A DNA stretch of 64,000 nt from a virus: the IMG/VR virus record IMGVR_UViG_3300029554_000001; one strand, given 5' to 3'. The translations under genes and the position numbers were made by a program. Within the stretch, counting starts at the first letter, position 1, and every line of letters begins with the position of its first letter. The notes beneath the pieces were generated by a model that was not told where the DNA came from, searched no databases, and saw nothing but the letters and a program-made list of their open reading frames with translations. Shown here piece after piece: positions 19,603-28,366 of the stretch.

Positions 19603-19631
19603 ATTATAAATCCCAAATCCGTAAATGTCAA
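19603..19631 (-). promoter_or_regulatory. leftward promoter TTGACA-17-TATAAT
   Basis: Minus strand reads TTGACA (19631-19626), 17 bp, TATAAT (19608-19603); about 65 bp upstream of 18526..19536. Confidence 0.65.
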
Positions 19632-19658
19632 GTATTTAAACCAAATAAAGTAAATTAT

Positions 19659-19823
19659 TTAGTAAGAATACTTCCAAAGTAAGTCAAAGAGTTCCTTAAT
19701 AAGCTTTTCAGCTTCATCATGGTCTGCTTTGGGCATACAACTATCGGAATTAATATCCTCTTTTAACTTAGCGAGGATGTCGAGATAGCTAAGGTCAGTT
19801 TCGACGGTGGTTTTAATTTTCAT
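19659..19823 (-). CDS. hypothetical 54-aa protein (below the ORF-track cutoff)
   Basis: ATG 19823 follows AAAGGAAA; MKIKTTVETDLSYLDILAKLKEDINSD...; stop TAA. Confidence 0.5.
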   Translation of the reverse strand: MKIKTTVETDLSYLDILAKLKEDINSDSCMPKADHDEAEKLIKELFDLLWKYSY

Positions 19824-19851
19824 TTTGTTTCCTTTCTGTACTAAAAAGTAC

Positions 19852-19880
19852 TTGACAAGATTGATGTTATGTGTTAATAT
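19852..19880 (+). promoter_or_regulatory. consensus promoter TTGACA-17-TAATAT pointing against the leftward block (cassette B)
   Basis: TTGACA 19852-19857, TGT-TAATAT 19875-19880, followed by the long hairpin 19881-19931. Confidence 0.55.
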
Positions 19881-19952
19881 ATGTATAGATGATAAGAAGA
19901 ATCCTATACTTCTTACTTACCATCTATACATCTTCGTAATTAATGTGTGAGA

Positions 19953-20024
19953 TTAATTACGGTTATAGATAATCATTATCTACATGAGATTGTAGAAATA
20001 ATTAACGTAGAAGATTCTCTACAT
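19953..20024 (-). CDS. mini-ORF B1, 23 aa: M-Q(TAG)-RIFYVNYFYNLM-Q(TAG)-IMIIYNRN
   Basis: GGAGGAAAGGAG upstream of ATG-TAG; C-terminus IYNRN shared with C and D. Confidence 0.55.
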
Positions 20025-20147
20025 GGCTTTCAACTCCTTTCCTCCTTAGACAAGGGACAATTATATAACAGTTTATAGGAACTGATTATATTAGAATAAG
20101 AGAATCGCCTATACAATTCTCTTAGTGAATTATTTTAGTTTAAACTA

Positions 20148-20228
20148 TTAAAGTTCGTATGCTCCGCCAAGAACAATAGAACAATAATAAACATTAAACT
20201 AATAGTTTATTTGTTTGACTGTCTACAT
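20148..20228 (-). CDS. mini-ORF B2, 26 aa: M-Q(TAG)-TVKQINY-Q(TAG)-FNVYYCSIVLGGAYEL
   Basis: AAGGAGA SD then ATG-TAG; paralogue of mini-ORF A. Confidence 0.6.
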
Positions 20229-20292
20229 AGACATTCTCCTTTCCATTTAGCACTAATATATAAACAGTTTATAGGAACTGATTATATCAAGA

Positions 20293-20318
20293 AAGAGCAG
20301 GATTTTATTCCTGCTCTT
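20293..20318. terminator. hairpin AAGAGCAGG-attttatt-CCTGCTCTT with the gene's stop codon in its loop
   Basis: Overlaps the TAA of 20305..20484; T-run on the + strand; same design as 11269-11290. Confidence 0.5.
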
Positions 20319-20484
20319 TTTCTATTGTGTACAAATACTGCTTTCGCTTTTCTTTGTACTGCTTATTGATTTTGTACCGATAATTGCCATGAGTCTTACG
20401 CTGGATTCCTTCACAGCGGTCATAGTACATACCATCGTACTGGGGATACTCTGTGATAGCATTGTTAGGTGTACGTTTAGACAT
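20305..20484 (-). CDS. hypothetical basic 59-aa protein
   Basis: ORF track frame; ATG 20484 is 8 nt after GGAGGG and overlaps the end of 20477..22816. Confidence 0.55.
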   Translation of the reverse strand: MSKRTPNNAITEYPQYDGMYYDRCEGIQRKTHGNYRYKINKQYKEKRKQYLYTIEKEQE

Positions 20485-22816
20485 AACTTTTGCCCTCCAA
20501 ACCATATTCTTTAGCATCAAGTTTACTGCTACTTGCACTATAACCTTGACCTTTGTTGAGTACAATGTTTACAGGACATTTAATTCCCTTCTCATGAATC
20601 CAGTTAATTACAAACTTAACTGCATCAGGTTCGTTTCCAAGCCAACGATTGTAAAGTCCATGAATTTGAATGACTTCATTGTGGGTGTTGACTTCAATCG
20701 TAAAGAAAGGAATATCAATATTTTCATTCTTTCTTAAAAATAGAATGTTTGTTCTACCTTCTGCAACACGACTAATATAACCACCAACACAATGATGAAG
20801 ATATACACCTTCTTTCGTAATTTTGTTCATCTCTTCAGGAACAACGATAGAGAAATTATCATCAGCATACTCAAACTTTTCTTTGCGTTGGTCATAAAGT
20901 TTAGCTGCTAACTTATTTAACCTCTCTTGTTCTTCTTTGTTTCTTGCTTCTTTGTCTGTAATGTTGATTTCAATCAGCATATTGTGATAACGATGAAGCT
21001 CATTCACATCTTTACAGGCGTACAAATCAATATTTGGTCTGTTAGTGTTTGAAATTTGCTTAAACAGGTTGAGAGCATCAGAAAAGATTCTGAACACGTC
21101 TTCTTGCTGACCTTTCTTATCGGTTTTTTCCTGAAGACGCATAAGCTTGAGAAGATTCTTTTTATTCTTTTCATTTTGTTCAGGAGTTAATGACTGGATA
21201 TCTCTTTCTTTGTTTATATACAAGCTTTCTTTCCAAGAATTTCTTCTACGAGAATCAAAAGTGTACACACTGTTATTTACTCCAACAAAATACAAAAACT
21301 CACGATAGTTAGAATGAACATTATTCATTCTTTTTGCCATGGTAAAGTAAAAGTCGGAATCTTTGTCAGTAATAGAAGAAAGATTTTTAACGCCAGCAAC
21401 AAATTGAACGATTTCAATTACACATCGAGGAGTATAGGTCGCGCCTGTGTAAATATAAGTTGGACTGTTAGGGCTCTTTTTCTTTTCCTCAAACATCTTA
21501 TCCACCAATTCAAGCTGGTGCTTGTTCATGCCACTAAGCTCATAAATGTTTGCAGATTTAGAATATTTTCTAAATCCAAAAAGATGTTCAATATCAGATT
21601 TTGCAGATGCACTCATGAGATAATTGGCGATGTATTTATATCTAGCTTTGTAAAATTGTTCGATGGCAGGACATCTAAGAGTGTAAATAATCCTGAGAAT
21701 TAAGGAATTTGTTTTAGTCATAATGTCACTATCATTGATGATAGAAGAGATATAAAACAATCTCTTAAACTTAAACATGTCCTCAAAACCTTTGAAGAAA
21801 CAGACATTATCAGAAGGAATTCCAATATCTGAAGAACTGGACACTCTAAATACAACATTTTTACTAAGAGTTGAAGCGGGATTGAAGATTGTTACTTTTC
21901 CCTTGTTGTCAATGAGAATTCGTGTCTGTTCTTCGAACTTGAAATAACCACCAAACTGACGAATGACACAGTAATTTTCATTTAAAATATTAAATGTCCA
22001 AATTGTATCTTTGTATTCAGTGTGGTACTCATTATTCCAAGAGTTTTTAACATCAATGGCCTTCTTAGGATATAACTGACGAAGTTCGTCTAAATTAACA
22101 GTTGGTAAACTATTAACAATTTCAGAAATATCCGCTGATGATTTGGAGACGGTACGAGGATACGCCATTTTATAATAATCAGCGAATGTATAAGGAGTCC
22201 ATTGTGTCCATCTGATTCTCGGATTGCTTTCCTTTTCGGTAAATTCCTCAATTGCTTGAGAAAAATGGAAATGGTAAACAGCCTTATACAAATCATGTTG
22301 AAGGAAATGAACAAATCCTAAACTATAGAATTTACCTCCTTTAGATTTAAATGCGATGTCTCCATTAACATCAAATGGAGCAGGGCAATTCTTGAAAAGG
22401 AAATAACGCTCCATAAAATAGTAGTTTCTTTTCTCTTCAGGAATCTTTCTAATGTTGATTGTCATTATGCCAAATACAAGCATTTCAAATTCAGGGTAAT
22501 ATTTGGCATAAGCAACTTTTGCATTTTTACCAGAACCAACCACAATTGTGTGGGATTGAATATTACTCACATTGAAATGACCAGTTACTCCTTTACGATA
22601 CTGTCCAATAGTATCATTATGCTGAATAATTTCATACTCTCCTCTCAGCAAGTGGAAAGCTTTACCATTTGCTTTCTGTTGCCAATATACAGTGATATCA
22701 GGGCAACTATTAAGATTGGGATTAGCTCCTTCTTTAGTTGAGAGGAACTTTTTTACAGTGGCTTTGTTCTTTTCAATGATTTCGTTGGGAATGTTGTCAA
22801 TGTAAGTGGTGTTCAT
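20477..22816 (-). CDS. large PcfJ-like domain protein (779 aa)
   Basis: C-terminal LHHCVGGYISRVAEGRTNILFLRK...FFTIEVNTHNEVIQIHG parallels 13705..15321; AAAGGAAA SD. Confidence 0.65.
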   Translation of the reverse strand: MNTTYIDNIPNEIIEKNKATVKKFLSTKEGANPNLNSCPDITVYWQQKANGKAFHLLRGEYEIIQHNDTIGQYRKGVTGHFNVSNIQSHTIVVGSGKNAKVAYAKYYPEFEMLVFGIMTINIRKIPEEKRNYYFMERYFLFKNCPAPFDVNGDIAFKSKGGKFYSLGFVHFLQHDLYKAVYHFHFSQAIEEFTEKESNPRIRWTQWTPYTFADYYKMAYPRTVSKSSADISEIVNSLPTVNLDELRQLYPKKAIDVKNSWNNEYHTEYKDTIWTFNILNENYCVIRQFGGYFKFEEQTRILIDNKGKVTIFNPASTLSKNVVFRVSSSSDIGIPSDNVCFFKGFEDMFKFKRLFYISSIINDSDIMTKTNSLILRIIYTLRCPAIEQFYKARYKYIANYLMSASAKSDIEHLFGFRKYSKSANIYELSGMNKHQLELVDKMFEEKKKSPNSPTYIYTGATYTPRCVIEIVQFVAGVKNLSSITDKDSDFYFTMAKRMNNVHSNYREFLYFVGVNNSVYTFDSRRRNSWKESLYINKERDIQSLTPEQNEKNKKNLLKLMRLQEKTDKKGQQEDVFRIFSDALNLFKQISNTNRPNIDLYACKDVNELHRYHNMLIEINITDKEARNKEEQERLNKLAAKLYDQRKEKFEYADDNFSIVVPEEMNKITKEGVYLHHCVGGYISRVAEGRTNILFLRKNENIDIPFFTIEVNTHNEVIQIHGLYNRWLGNEPDAVKFVINWIHEKGIKCPVNIVLNKGQGYSASSSKLDAKEYGLEGKSYV

Positions 22817-22864
22817 TTTCTGAATTTCCTTTCATTTTTAAATTAGTTGATTATGTTGGCTGAG

Positions 22865-23215
22865 TTATTCTTCATCTTTCCATTTGTCATATTCGGGCAT
22901 AGGTTCAACTCCTTCCATTTCTTTTGTTTTTGGATTCCAATAAATTCTTTTGCCACACACACTAGGAGAATAAAAATTATTGCGCCACTCCTTAGTTGCT
23001 TTGTGTTCTGCTCCCATTTTTACAATTAAAACAGGTAAAACAATGAAAATTAATGTGAATAAGTCCACAACGGTAATAGCAATTACTGGGGTAAAAACAA
23101 TGATTACTGGAATATTATAACCGCCAATGTATTTGATTATACACATAACAACTGTAGCTACAACAAGGATGTAATTAAATGTAGCTCTGATATTATTGTT
23201 ATTATTGTTATTCAT
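22865..23215 (-). CDS. membrane protein (poly-Asn N-terminus, 2-3 TM helices)
   Basis: ORF track frame; ATG 23215 follows AAAGGAAA; MNNNNNNNIRATFNYILVVATVVMCII... Confidence 0.6.
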   Translation of the reverse strand: MNNNNNNNIRATFNYILVVATVVMCIIKYIGGYNIPVIIVFTPVIAITVVDLFTLIFIVLPVLIVKMGAEHKATKEWRNNFYSPSVCGKRIYWNPKTKEMEGVEPMPEYDKWKDEE

Positions 23216-23312
23216 TTCTAAATTTCCTTTCTTTAAAGTGGAGAGGGTATATTTCAACCCTCTCCTATTTTGTTGTTAATCTGATGAGAATTTATAGATA
23301 AGTAATTAAGAA

Positions 23313-23825
23313 TTACTCATAATCTTCCTCACAATCCTCATCTTCATCCTTGAAATCATCATACTTACCTGCTAAGTCCTTACGAAGAGCATTGACTGCA
23401 CGAGCTTCAAGGAGAGCCTTAAGAGCCCGTTCATCGAGTTCACAATCAATATCACGAGTGTTGCAGATTTCCTCACCAGCTTCGTCAAACAAAGCTTTCT
23501 TTTCGTAGCTGAGGACACAAGGATAAGTGATACCATCAACCTTAACTTCGAGGACTTCATCAGGGTTGATTTCCTTCTCATTCATAGAGGACTCAAACTG
23601 GGCCTGAGCCATAACCTCCATGACGAGAGCCATGCCAGTCTTGTCACTGTTATTAACAATACGCTGAATAACAGCAAGACCAGCTTCACGGTCGCGGTCA
23701 TTGACAGAACCCATGCAGCCGCATTTAATTCCGTCGATATAAAGGAATTCCATGTTAGTGCTGTTTTCCTTCATGAGCTGGACGCGATTGAGGGACTTCT
23801 TGGTGTTGATGTTGATGTTAGCCAT
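23313..23825 (-). CDS. hypothetical protein with a very acidic C-terminus
   Basis: ORF track frame; ATG 23825 (MANININ) follows GAGAAAGG. Confidence 0.6.
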   Translation of the reverse strand: MANININTKKSLNRVQLMKENSTNMEFLYIDGIKCGCMGSVNDRDREAGLAVIQRIVNNSDKTGMALVMEVMAQAQFESSMNEKEINPDEVLEVKVDGITYPCVLSYEKKALFDEAGEEICNTRDIDCELDERALKALLEARAVNALRKDLAGKYDDFKDEDEDCEEDYE

Positions 23826-23934
23826 AATAGACCTTTCTCTCGTGGGTTTTAATGTCTTTTTCCTTGACAAATTTATTGAGCTTAAAGGCTCATTAAAGTG
23901 CAGGATATATTTCAATCCTGCGCTCTATCAACCT

Positions 23935-24141
23935 TTACGGCTTTTCAATCAGGTCTTTTATTTGAGCTCTTAAACAAATTAAAGTGCCGATTCTTGTGCA
24001 ACAATAACTAATATCTGCATTATTACCTTGGGATTTAGCTTCTTTTGCATTTTCAATTTCAATGTCCATCGCTTGTAACAACTCATACCTTGCTTGCTTG
24101 AGGAAATAGTCTGCTCTACCCTGATGAGTCTTGTTATTCAT
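23935..24141 (-). CDS. hypothetical protein, tandem paralogue of 24157..24342
   Basis: ORF track; shared pattern R..Y.L.[QK]A..E......I....C..IG.L..L. Confidence 0.6.
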   Translation of the reverse strand: MNNKTHQGRADYFLKQARYELLQAMDIEIENAKEAKSQGNNADISYCCTRIGTLICLRAQIKDLIEKP

Positions 24142-24156
24142 ATTAATTGTTCTCCT

Positions 24157-24342
24157 TTAGAGTTCTTTGATGATATCATTTGCATAATTTTTCAGTGCTA
24201 CAAGAACACCGATTTCCGTACAAATTGGCTCGATATTACTCTCAGGATTAAAAGCGATACGGTCTTTCAATCTCTGAGTTTCCTCTTCGATTGCTTTCTG
24301 AAGAAGATATTCAGTACGGTTGGTTAGATAAGTTTTATCCAT
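24157..24342 (-). CDS. hypothetical protein, tandem paralogue of 23935..24141
   Basis: ORF track; AAAGGAA SD. Confidence 0.6.
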   Translation of the reverse strand: MDKTYLTNRTEYLLQKAIEEETQRLKDRIAFNPESNIEPICTEIGVLVALKNYANDIIKEL

Positions 24343-24388
24343 AATTTTAATTCCTTTCTTAATTAAAATGCAAAATATATTTTAACCT

Positions 24389-24715
24389 TTAGAAGTTAAG
24401 AGCAGGGACAGTAAGCAGATACATATTCCAGTAATCCCAATTTTTGTTAAGTTCTTTTAAAAGATGAGAAGGGCTGATTCTCCAATCAGGAGATGTAGGG
24501 ACACCATTATCTTCCAATTGGTCAACAAGTTTAATCTTGTTAAGAAGAAGAAATTCTTCCAGTTTCTCCTTATTGATTTTATTGAAGCCATCTTTCTGAA
24601 TACATACAGCCCACATAATATTCTCCACAACTGTTCTATGGTTGGAAGAATAAACAGGGTAGAAATTGACTCCATCATGGGCAACGAGGACGTAGTTATA
24701 AGTCTGATTAGTCAT
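24389..24715 (-). CDS. hypothetical protein
   Basis: ORF track; GAGGAGGA SD. Confidence 0.65.
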   Translation of the reverse strand: MTNQTYNYVLVAHDGVNFYPVYSSNHRTVVENIMWAVCIQKDGFNKINKEKLEEFLLLNKIKLVDQLEDNGVPTSPDWRISPSHLLKELNKNWDYWNMYLLTVPALNF

Positions 24716-24717
24716 AG

Positions 24718-24882
24718 TTAAAAATCCTCCTCTTCCTGAGCGTCAGTAGCTTCAAAATCATCAGACCAAGTAATATCTTCTTTACCATAGCCCTCGACCT
24801 TGGCAAAAGCATCATTTTCAGATTCGGCTTCAACCTGAACAAAGCCATAACGAGCAAACGTGACATTGTAAATCTTTTTCAT
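24718..24882 (-). CDS. hypothetical acidic 54-aa protein (below the ORF-track cutoff)
   Basis: ATG 24882 follows AAAGGAAA; MKKIYNVTFARYGFVQVEAESENDAFAK...; stop TAA 2 nt before the next ATG. Confidence 0.55.
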   Translation of the reverse strand: MKKIYNVTFARYGFVQVEAESENDAFAKVEGYGKEDITWSDDFEATDAQEEEDF

Positions 24883-24917
24883 AGTATTATTTCCTTTCTT
24901 AATTCAGATGTTTAAAA

Positions 24918-25220
24918 TTAGATTTCGATTTCAAAGATTTTGCCATCCCAGTTATCATGGTTAGTAGTTTCAGCCCATGCACAAGTACCCTCGAAGTTGT
25001 TCTCGTCATCGAAAATGTCATTATCAATGAGAGAATCAATAGCTTTTTCAAGCTCTTCTTTTGTAGTGACAACATACTTATTATAATCATCTGCATCAAG
25101 ATGCCGACAAGCCTCAAGAAACAAATTGAACAAGTGAATCTGAGCTTTCTCCATGGTATCAAAGAAATAAGGATGACCAATCTCACGTTCGCAAGTATCA
25201 GTGACCATAAACTTCTTCAT
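24918..25220 (-). CDS. hypothetical acidic protein, paralogue of 17195..17497
   Basis: ORF track; see the paralogue. Confidence 0.7.
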   Translation of the reverse strand: MKKFMVTDTCEREIGHPYFFDTMEKAQIHLFNLFLEACRHLDADDYNKYVVTTKEELEKAIDSLIDNDIFDDENNFEGTCAWAETTNHDNWDGKIFEIEI

Positions 25221-25311
25221 AATTTTCTTTCCTTTCTTAAATCACAAATGTTGTTTAGTTCTCATCAATGCAAAAGCAACTTGTATCAGAATCAACTTTA
25301 TTATTGGTTAT

Positions 25312-25340
25312 ATTATACTTTCCTTTCTTAATGGTGTCAA
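25312..25340 (-). promoter_or_regulatory. leftward promoter TTGACA-17-TATAAT
   Basis: Minus strand TTGACA (25340-25335), 17 bp, TATAAT (25317-25312); back-to-back with the rightward promoter at 25369. Confidence 0.65.
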
Positions 25341-25368
25341 GTATTTAAAAAGAAATTTTACAAACTAC

Positions 25369-25397
25369 TTGACAAGTGTTGTGATTTGTGTTATATT
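25369..25397 (+). promoter_or_regulatory. consensus promoter TTGACA-17-TATATT pointing against the leftward block (cassette C)
   Basis: TTGACA 25369-25374, TGT-TATATT 25392-25397, followed by hairpin 25398-25441. Confidence 0.55.
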
Positions 25398-25466
25398 ACA
25401 CTCATCAAGCAAGGTATGTAACTTTTACTTGATGAGTGTAGGTTTTACAATACCTGTAACTGTGGA

Positions 25467-25538
25467 TTAGTTACGATGGTACACGATACGAACGACCGAG
25501 ATTTGTCTATCCATATCAACATGTAAAATTTTCTACAT
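25467..25538 (-). CDS. mini-ORF C, 23 aa: M-Q(TAG)-KILHVDMDRQISVVRIVYHRN
   Basis: AAGGAGA SD then ATG-TAG; stop TAA. Confidence 0.5.
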
Positions 25539-25637
25539 ATTAATTTCTCCTTTCGTGAGTAATTATGTAAACAGGCTTTACAGGAGTCTGGTGTCTTAAG
25601 TAAGACTGGTAGTTAGTAGCTACCAGTCTTTTCTCTT

Positions 25638-26570
25638 TTACTTCTTATAAACCATAAAGGTGAGAAGATAATCACGAATCTTTTCAGCGGGATGTCCTTC
25701 ATGCTCTTCAATCTTGTCCTGAGCAACACGAACAAACTCATCACAGCTCTTATACTGCTTAAGGTTCAGCAGAAAATAGTTGAATGCTTTGGTATCCTCA
25801 CAGTGCTTGTAGCAAGCAGAAATTCCTGCCAACATGCGCTGAGTATAAACCATATCATCCTTCCAACCAGTCCCCTGAAGAACAGCGAACACAAAACGAA
25901 GAGCGTTTTCACCATCGCGTTTAACAATACGATACAGCTCTTCAATTGCATTGATATTGTTATAGCGGTTAATGGTGCTATTGCGATTGGTCTTAACAGT
26001 CAGACCAAATTCCTTTGTGACCTGATTGATAATTACTGCTGTAGGCTTCTTGGCACAAAGTTCAGCTTTATATCTTTCATAGCCACGAAGATTGGTCTTA
26101 CCCTCGTTCTGAGTAGCAAACAAATCTGCTTCTTCTTCCAGAGTAAGATTGATAAATACTTTGCAAGTGATAGCATAGATGGGGAAGCCTTTACTCTGCA
26201 TATAAAGCAGAGCACTCAAGGTATGAGCCCCATCCATAAGAAACAGATGCCAAGTATTACCAACTTTACGAATAGAAGCCGCTTTAATTTCAACCTTGTT
26301 GATATTAAAGTTGTTGGTAATTTTAGCTACTTCATAGTTTTTGGGTTCGCGCTGATAGTGCAAGTCAATTTCAGGCATAAAAAGAGGAATGTCTCTAATA
26401 GCCCAGTTACGACCATCTTCTCTCTTTTCAATCTCCCTTTCCACAGAGAGCTTAAAGGCATAAACGGTCTTGGACTGTTCATTGGTGATTGCTTTGGGCT
26501 TAAGTGCATCGAACAGGACTTCACTGACGGACTTTTCGTTCTTGATGTTGGTGAGATTAATCTTCTTCAT
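25638..26570 (-). CDS. ParB/sulfiredoxin-like nuclease-domain protein (tentative)
   Basis: HYQREP followed by LFLMDGAHTLSAL resembles the ParB N-terminal DGxHR-type core; AAAGGAA SD. Confidence 0.5.
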   Translation of the reverse strand: MKKINLTNIKNEKSVSEVLFDALKPKAITNEQSKTVYAFKLSVEREIEKREDGRNWAIRDIPLFMPEIDLHYQREPKNYEVAKITNNFNINKVEIKAASIRKVGNTWHLFLMDGAHTLSALLYMQSKGFPIYAITCKVFINLTLEEEADLFATQNEGKTNLRGYERYKAELCAKKPTAVIINQVTKEFGLTVKTNRNSTINRYNNINAIEELYRIVKRDGENALRFVFAVLQGTGWKDDMVYTQRMLAGISACYKHCEDTKAFNYFLLNLKQYKSCDEFVRVAQDKIEEHEGHPAEKIRDYLLTFMVYKK

Positions 26571-26613
26571 GATTCTAAATTCCTTTCAAGTTAAAAAAGT
26601 TTGTAGTTATCAC

Positions 26614-26642
26614 TTGACAGATATTATCAAGTGTGCTAAGAT
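26614..26642 (+). promoter_or_regulatory. consensus promoter TTGACA-17-TAAGAT pointing against the leftward block (cassette D)
   Basis: TTGACA 26614-26619, TAAGAT 26637-26642, followed by hairpin 26646-26677. Confidence 0.5.
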
Positions 26643-26693
26643 AAACACAAGTAGAAAGCCTACACTCTCTACTTGTGATGCAATTAATACGGA

Positions 26694-26765
26694 TTAATTA
26701 CGATTGTAAATGATGAAGACTATTATTATAGACCAATAATAGTCAACTGCTAAGATTTTCTACAT
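26694..26765 (-). CDS. mini-ORF D, 23 aa: M-Q(TAG)-KILAVDYYWSIIIVFIIYNRN
   Basis: AAAGGAG SD then ATG-TAG; hydrophobic core; stop TAA. Confidence 0.6.
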
Positions 26766-26892
26766 AGCAAAACTCCTTTCTAATTTAATAATACATTAAT
26801 TCATTGTAGGCTAAATTAATGTGCGAGTGAATAAGTTGGGCTTAAACACTCTATTGAGGGATGGAAGTTATTTTCCATCCCTCTAACAATGT

Positions 26893-27087
26893 TTAAACTC
26901 TTTCAACCTTATAAGGCTTGCAAGCAACAACATCGAAATTGTTTACAAGCCAGTCAGGTTTGGTTTCTTTAGTATTAAGGAATTTACAAACAATGTTTGC
27001 AAGCACTTCACTGTTAAATACAGTTTTTTCCTTCATACTCATTGTAACTGTTACGGATTTTCCGTATTTGTTTGTAATCTTAAACAT
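26893..27087 (-). CDS. hypothetical 64-aa protein
   Basis: ORF track frame; ATG 27087 follows GGAGGTG and overlaps the upstream stop. Confidence 0.55.
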   Translation of the reverse strand: MFKITNKYGKSVTVTMSMKEKTVFNSEVLANIVCKFLNTKETKPDWLVNNFDVVACKPYKVERV

Positions 27088-27394
27088 GCCACACCTCCGT
27101 CTTGATGCCCTTACCGTTATAATAACGACGAGCACCATAATTGGCTCTGTCACTGAAGCACTCAGCACAAGGAATTAATTCCTTACGCTTTCCCTCCTTG
27201 ATTTCCTTGAGTGAAAGATTGAAGCACTGTTCAACCTCACACTTATCACACATCTTACAGGATTTACCCTTGCAAATGTTTTCGCAGAAGTTGTTCTTAA
27301 CTTTGCAGAGATGCTTAATACCCCAAGAGGAATTCATCTCAGCTAAGGTCTGGTCGAGAGTGTAGTTATGACCTATAACACTAATCTTTTTCAT
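27080..27394 (-). CDS. Cys-rich hypothetical protein
   Basis: ORF track; AAAGGAG SD; CENICKGKSCKMCDKCEVEQC. Confidence 0.65.
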   Translation of the reverse strand: MKKISVIGHNYTLDQTLAEMNSSWGIKHLCKVKNNFCENICKGKSCKMCDKCEVEQCFNLSLKEIKEGKRKELIPCAECFSDRANYGARRYYNGKGIKTEVWHV

Positions 27395-27457
27395 TTTACT
27401 TTGACTCCTTTCAAGTCTGTATTAAATTTAATTTTAAATTTGTCTTAAGCTATATGG

Positions 27458-27790
27458 TTAGAAACAAATACGTTTCTTTTTGATTTTGGTAAGCATCCAA
27501 CACCAAGGATTTCCAAAATCATCTTCAAGAGGAGTAACCTTAATGGTTACAAGCACCTCAGTACTAAGATGCTCAAGGATATAATCCAAATTCTTAAGAG
27601 AGAAAACATATCTTTCTTTTGTATCATCTTTAGTGCTTTTTGCGCACCATTTAATGATTTCTTTCAAGCCCGAATCAATCAGGCAGTTCAGGTTCCCATA
27701 AGTGTCAAGCGTTTTATTAAGAGAAGGTGCTTCTAAATGGGTAGGATTGTTGGTGAGAGAGCGAACGGTGTTTTTTAATTTCTTGGACAT
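27458..27790 (-). CDS. hypothetical protein
   Basis: ORF track; AAAGGAAA SD. Confidence 0.65.
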   Translation of the reverse strand: MSKKLKNTVRSLTNNPTHLEAPSLNKTLDTYGNLNCLIDSGLKEIIKWCAKSTKDDTKERYVFSLKNLDYILEHLSTEVLVTIKVTPLEDDFGNPWCWMLTKIKKKRICF

Positions 27791-27826
27791 TTTCTTTATT
27801 TCCTTTCTTTTGTTGATTATTGATAT

Positions 27827-28018
27827 TTACACTTGCTTAAGATACTTAAGGTTTAATTCTAATTTGGAATCCATTGTTAAGCCATTTTCGCGCTTGATTC
27901 TGCCACACAAGTTATTCAAAGCTTGTTTCTCAGAAGAAGCCGTGGTATAACCAGAAAAATGGCAATAATAGTTATACCATCTGGTTACGGGACCATCGTA
28001 GTAATATTTGAGTTTCAT
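27827..28018 (-). CDS. hypothetical 63-aa protein
   Basis: ORF track frame; ATG 28018 follows AAAGGAGGTG. Confidence 0.6.
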   Translation of the reverse strand: MKLKYYYDGPVTRWYNYYCHFSGYTTASSEKQALNNLCGRIKRENGLTMDSKLELNLKYLKQV

Positions 28019-28037
28019 ATATACACCTCCTTTCAAC

Positions 28038-28283
28038 TCAAATAAAATTGAAAACTTTACACTCTTCATGGACATAGCCTCCAAGAACTTCAGGACAGGA
28101 CTGGAAATAACCAGATGCATCCTGAATGTGGATGAGAATGGTATCGTCCATATTTAATGAACCTTTGCGCACTTTTGCTCTAAGCGAGCGACGAATTCGT
28201 TCCCAAATGTTGCACTTTTCTTCGAATACATCATAGATGACTTTGCCATCCTTTTTGACATATCCACTATACCATCTTGTCAT
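28038..28283 (-). CDS. hypothetical 81-aa protein
   Basis: ORF track frame; start moved to ATG 28283 (MTRWYSG); the upstream part of the track ORF overlaps the cassette E promoter and hairpin. Confidence 0.55.
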   Translation of the reverse strand: MTRWYSGYVKKDGKVIYDVFEEKCNIWERIRRSLRAKVRKGSLNMDDTILIHIQDASGYFQSCPEVLGGYVHEECKVFNFI

Positions 28284-28289
28284 AACTAC

Positions 28290-28318
28290 TTGACACCCTC
28301 CTTTTGTTGTGTTATAAT
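28290..28318 (+). promoter_or_regulatory. consensus promoter TTGACA-17-TATAAT pointing against the leftward block (cassette E)
   Basis: TTGACA 28290-28295, TGT-TATAAT 28313-28318, followed by hairpin 28323-28360. Confidence 0.55.
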
Positions 28319-28366
28319 ACCTAATAAGAAAAGTGGTTGACCAATCCACTCTTCTTATTAAATTGA

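Noticed and set aside
23866-23925. Rightward TTGACA at about 23866 and the hairpin GCAGGAT/ATCCTGC
   Set aside because: No -10 box follows at the right spacing. The hairpin lacks a U-run on either strand. I treat it as ordinary intergenic structure.
25230-25330. SD-like AAAGGAAA followed by an ATA-initiated 18-codon ORF
   Set aside because: The apparent SD lies in the spacer of the leftward promoter TTGACA-17-TATAAT (25312-25340) and the ATA sits at the predicted transcription start. The promoter explains the sequence better.
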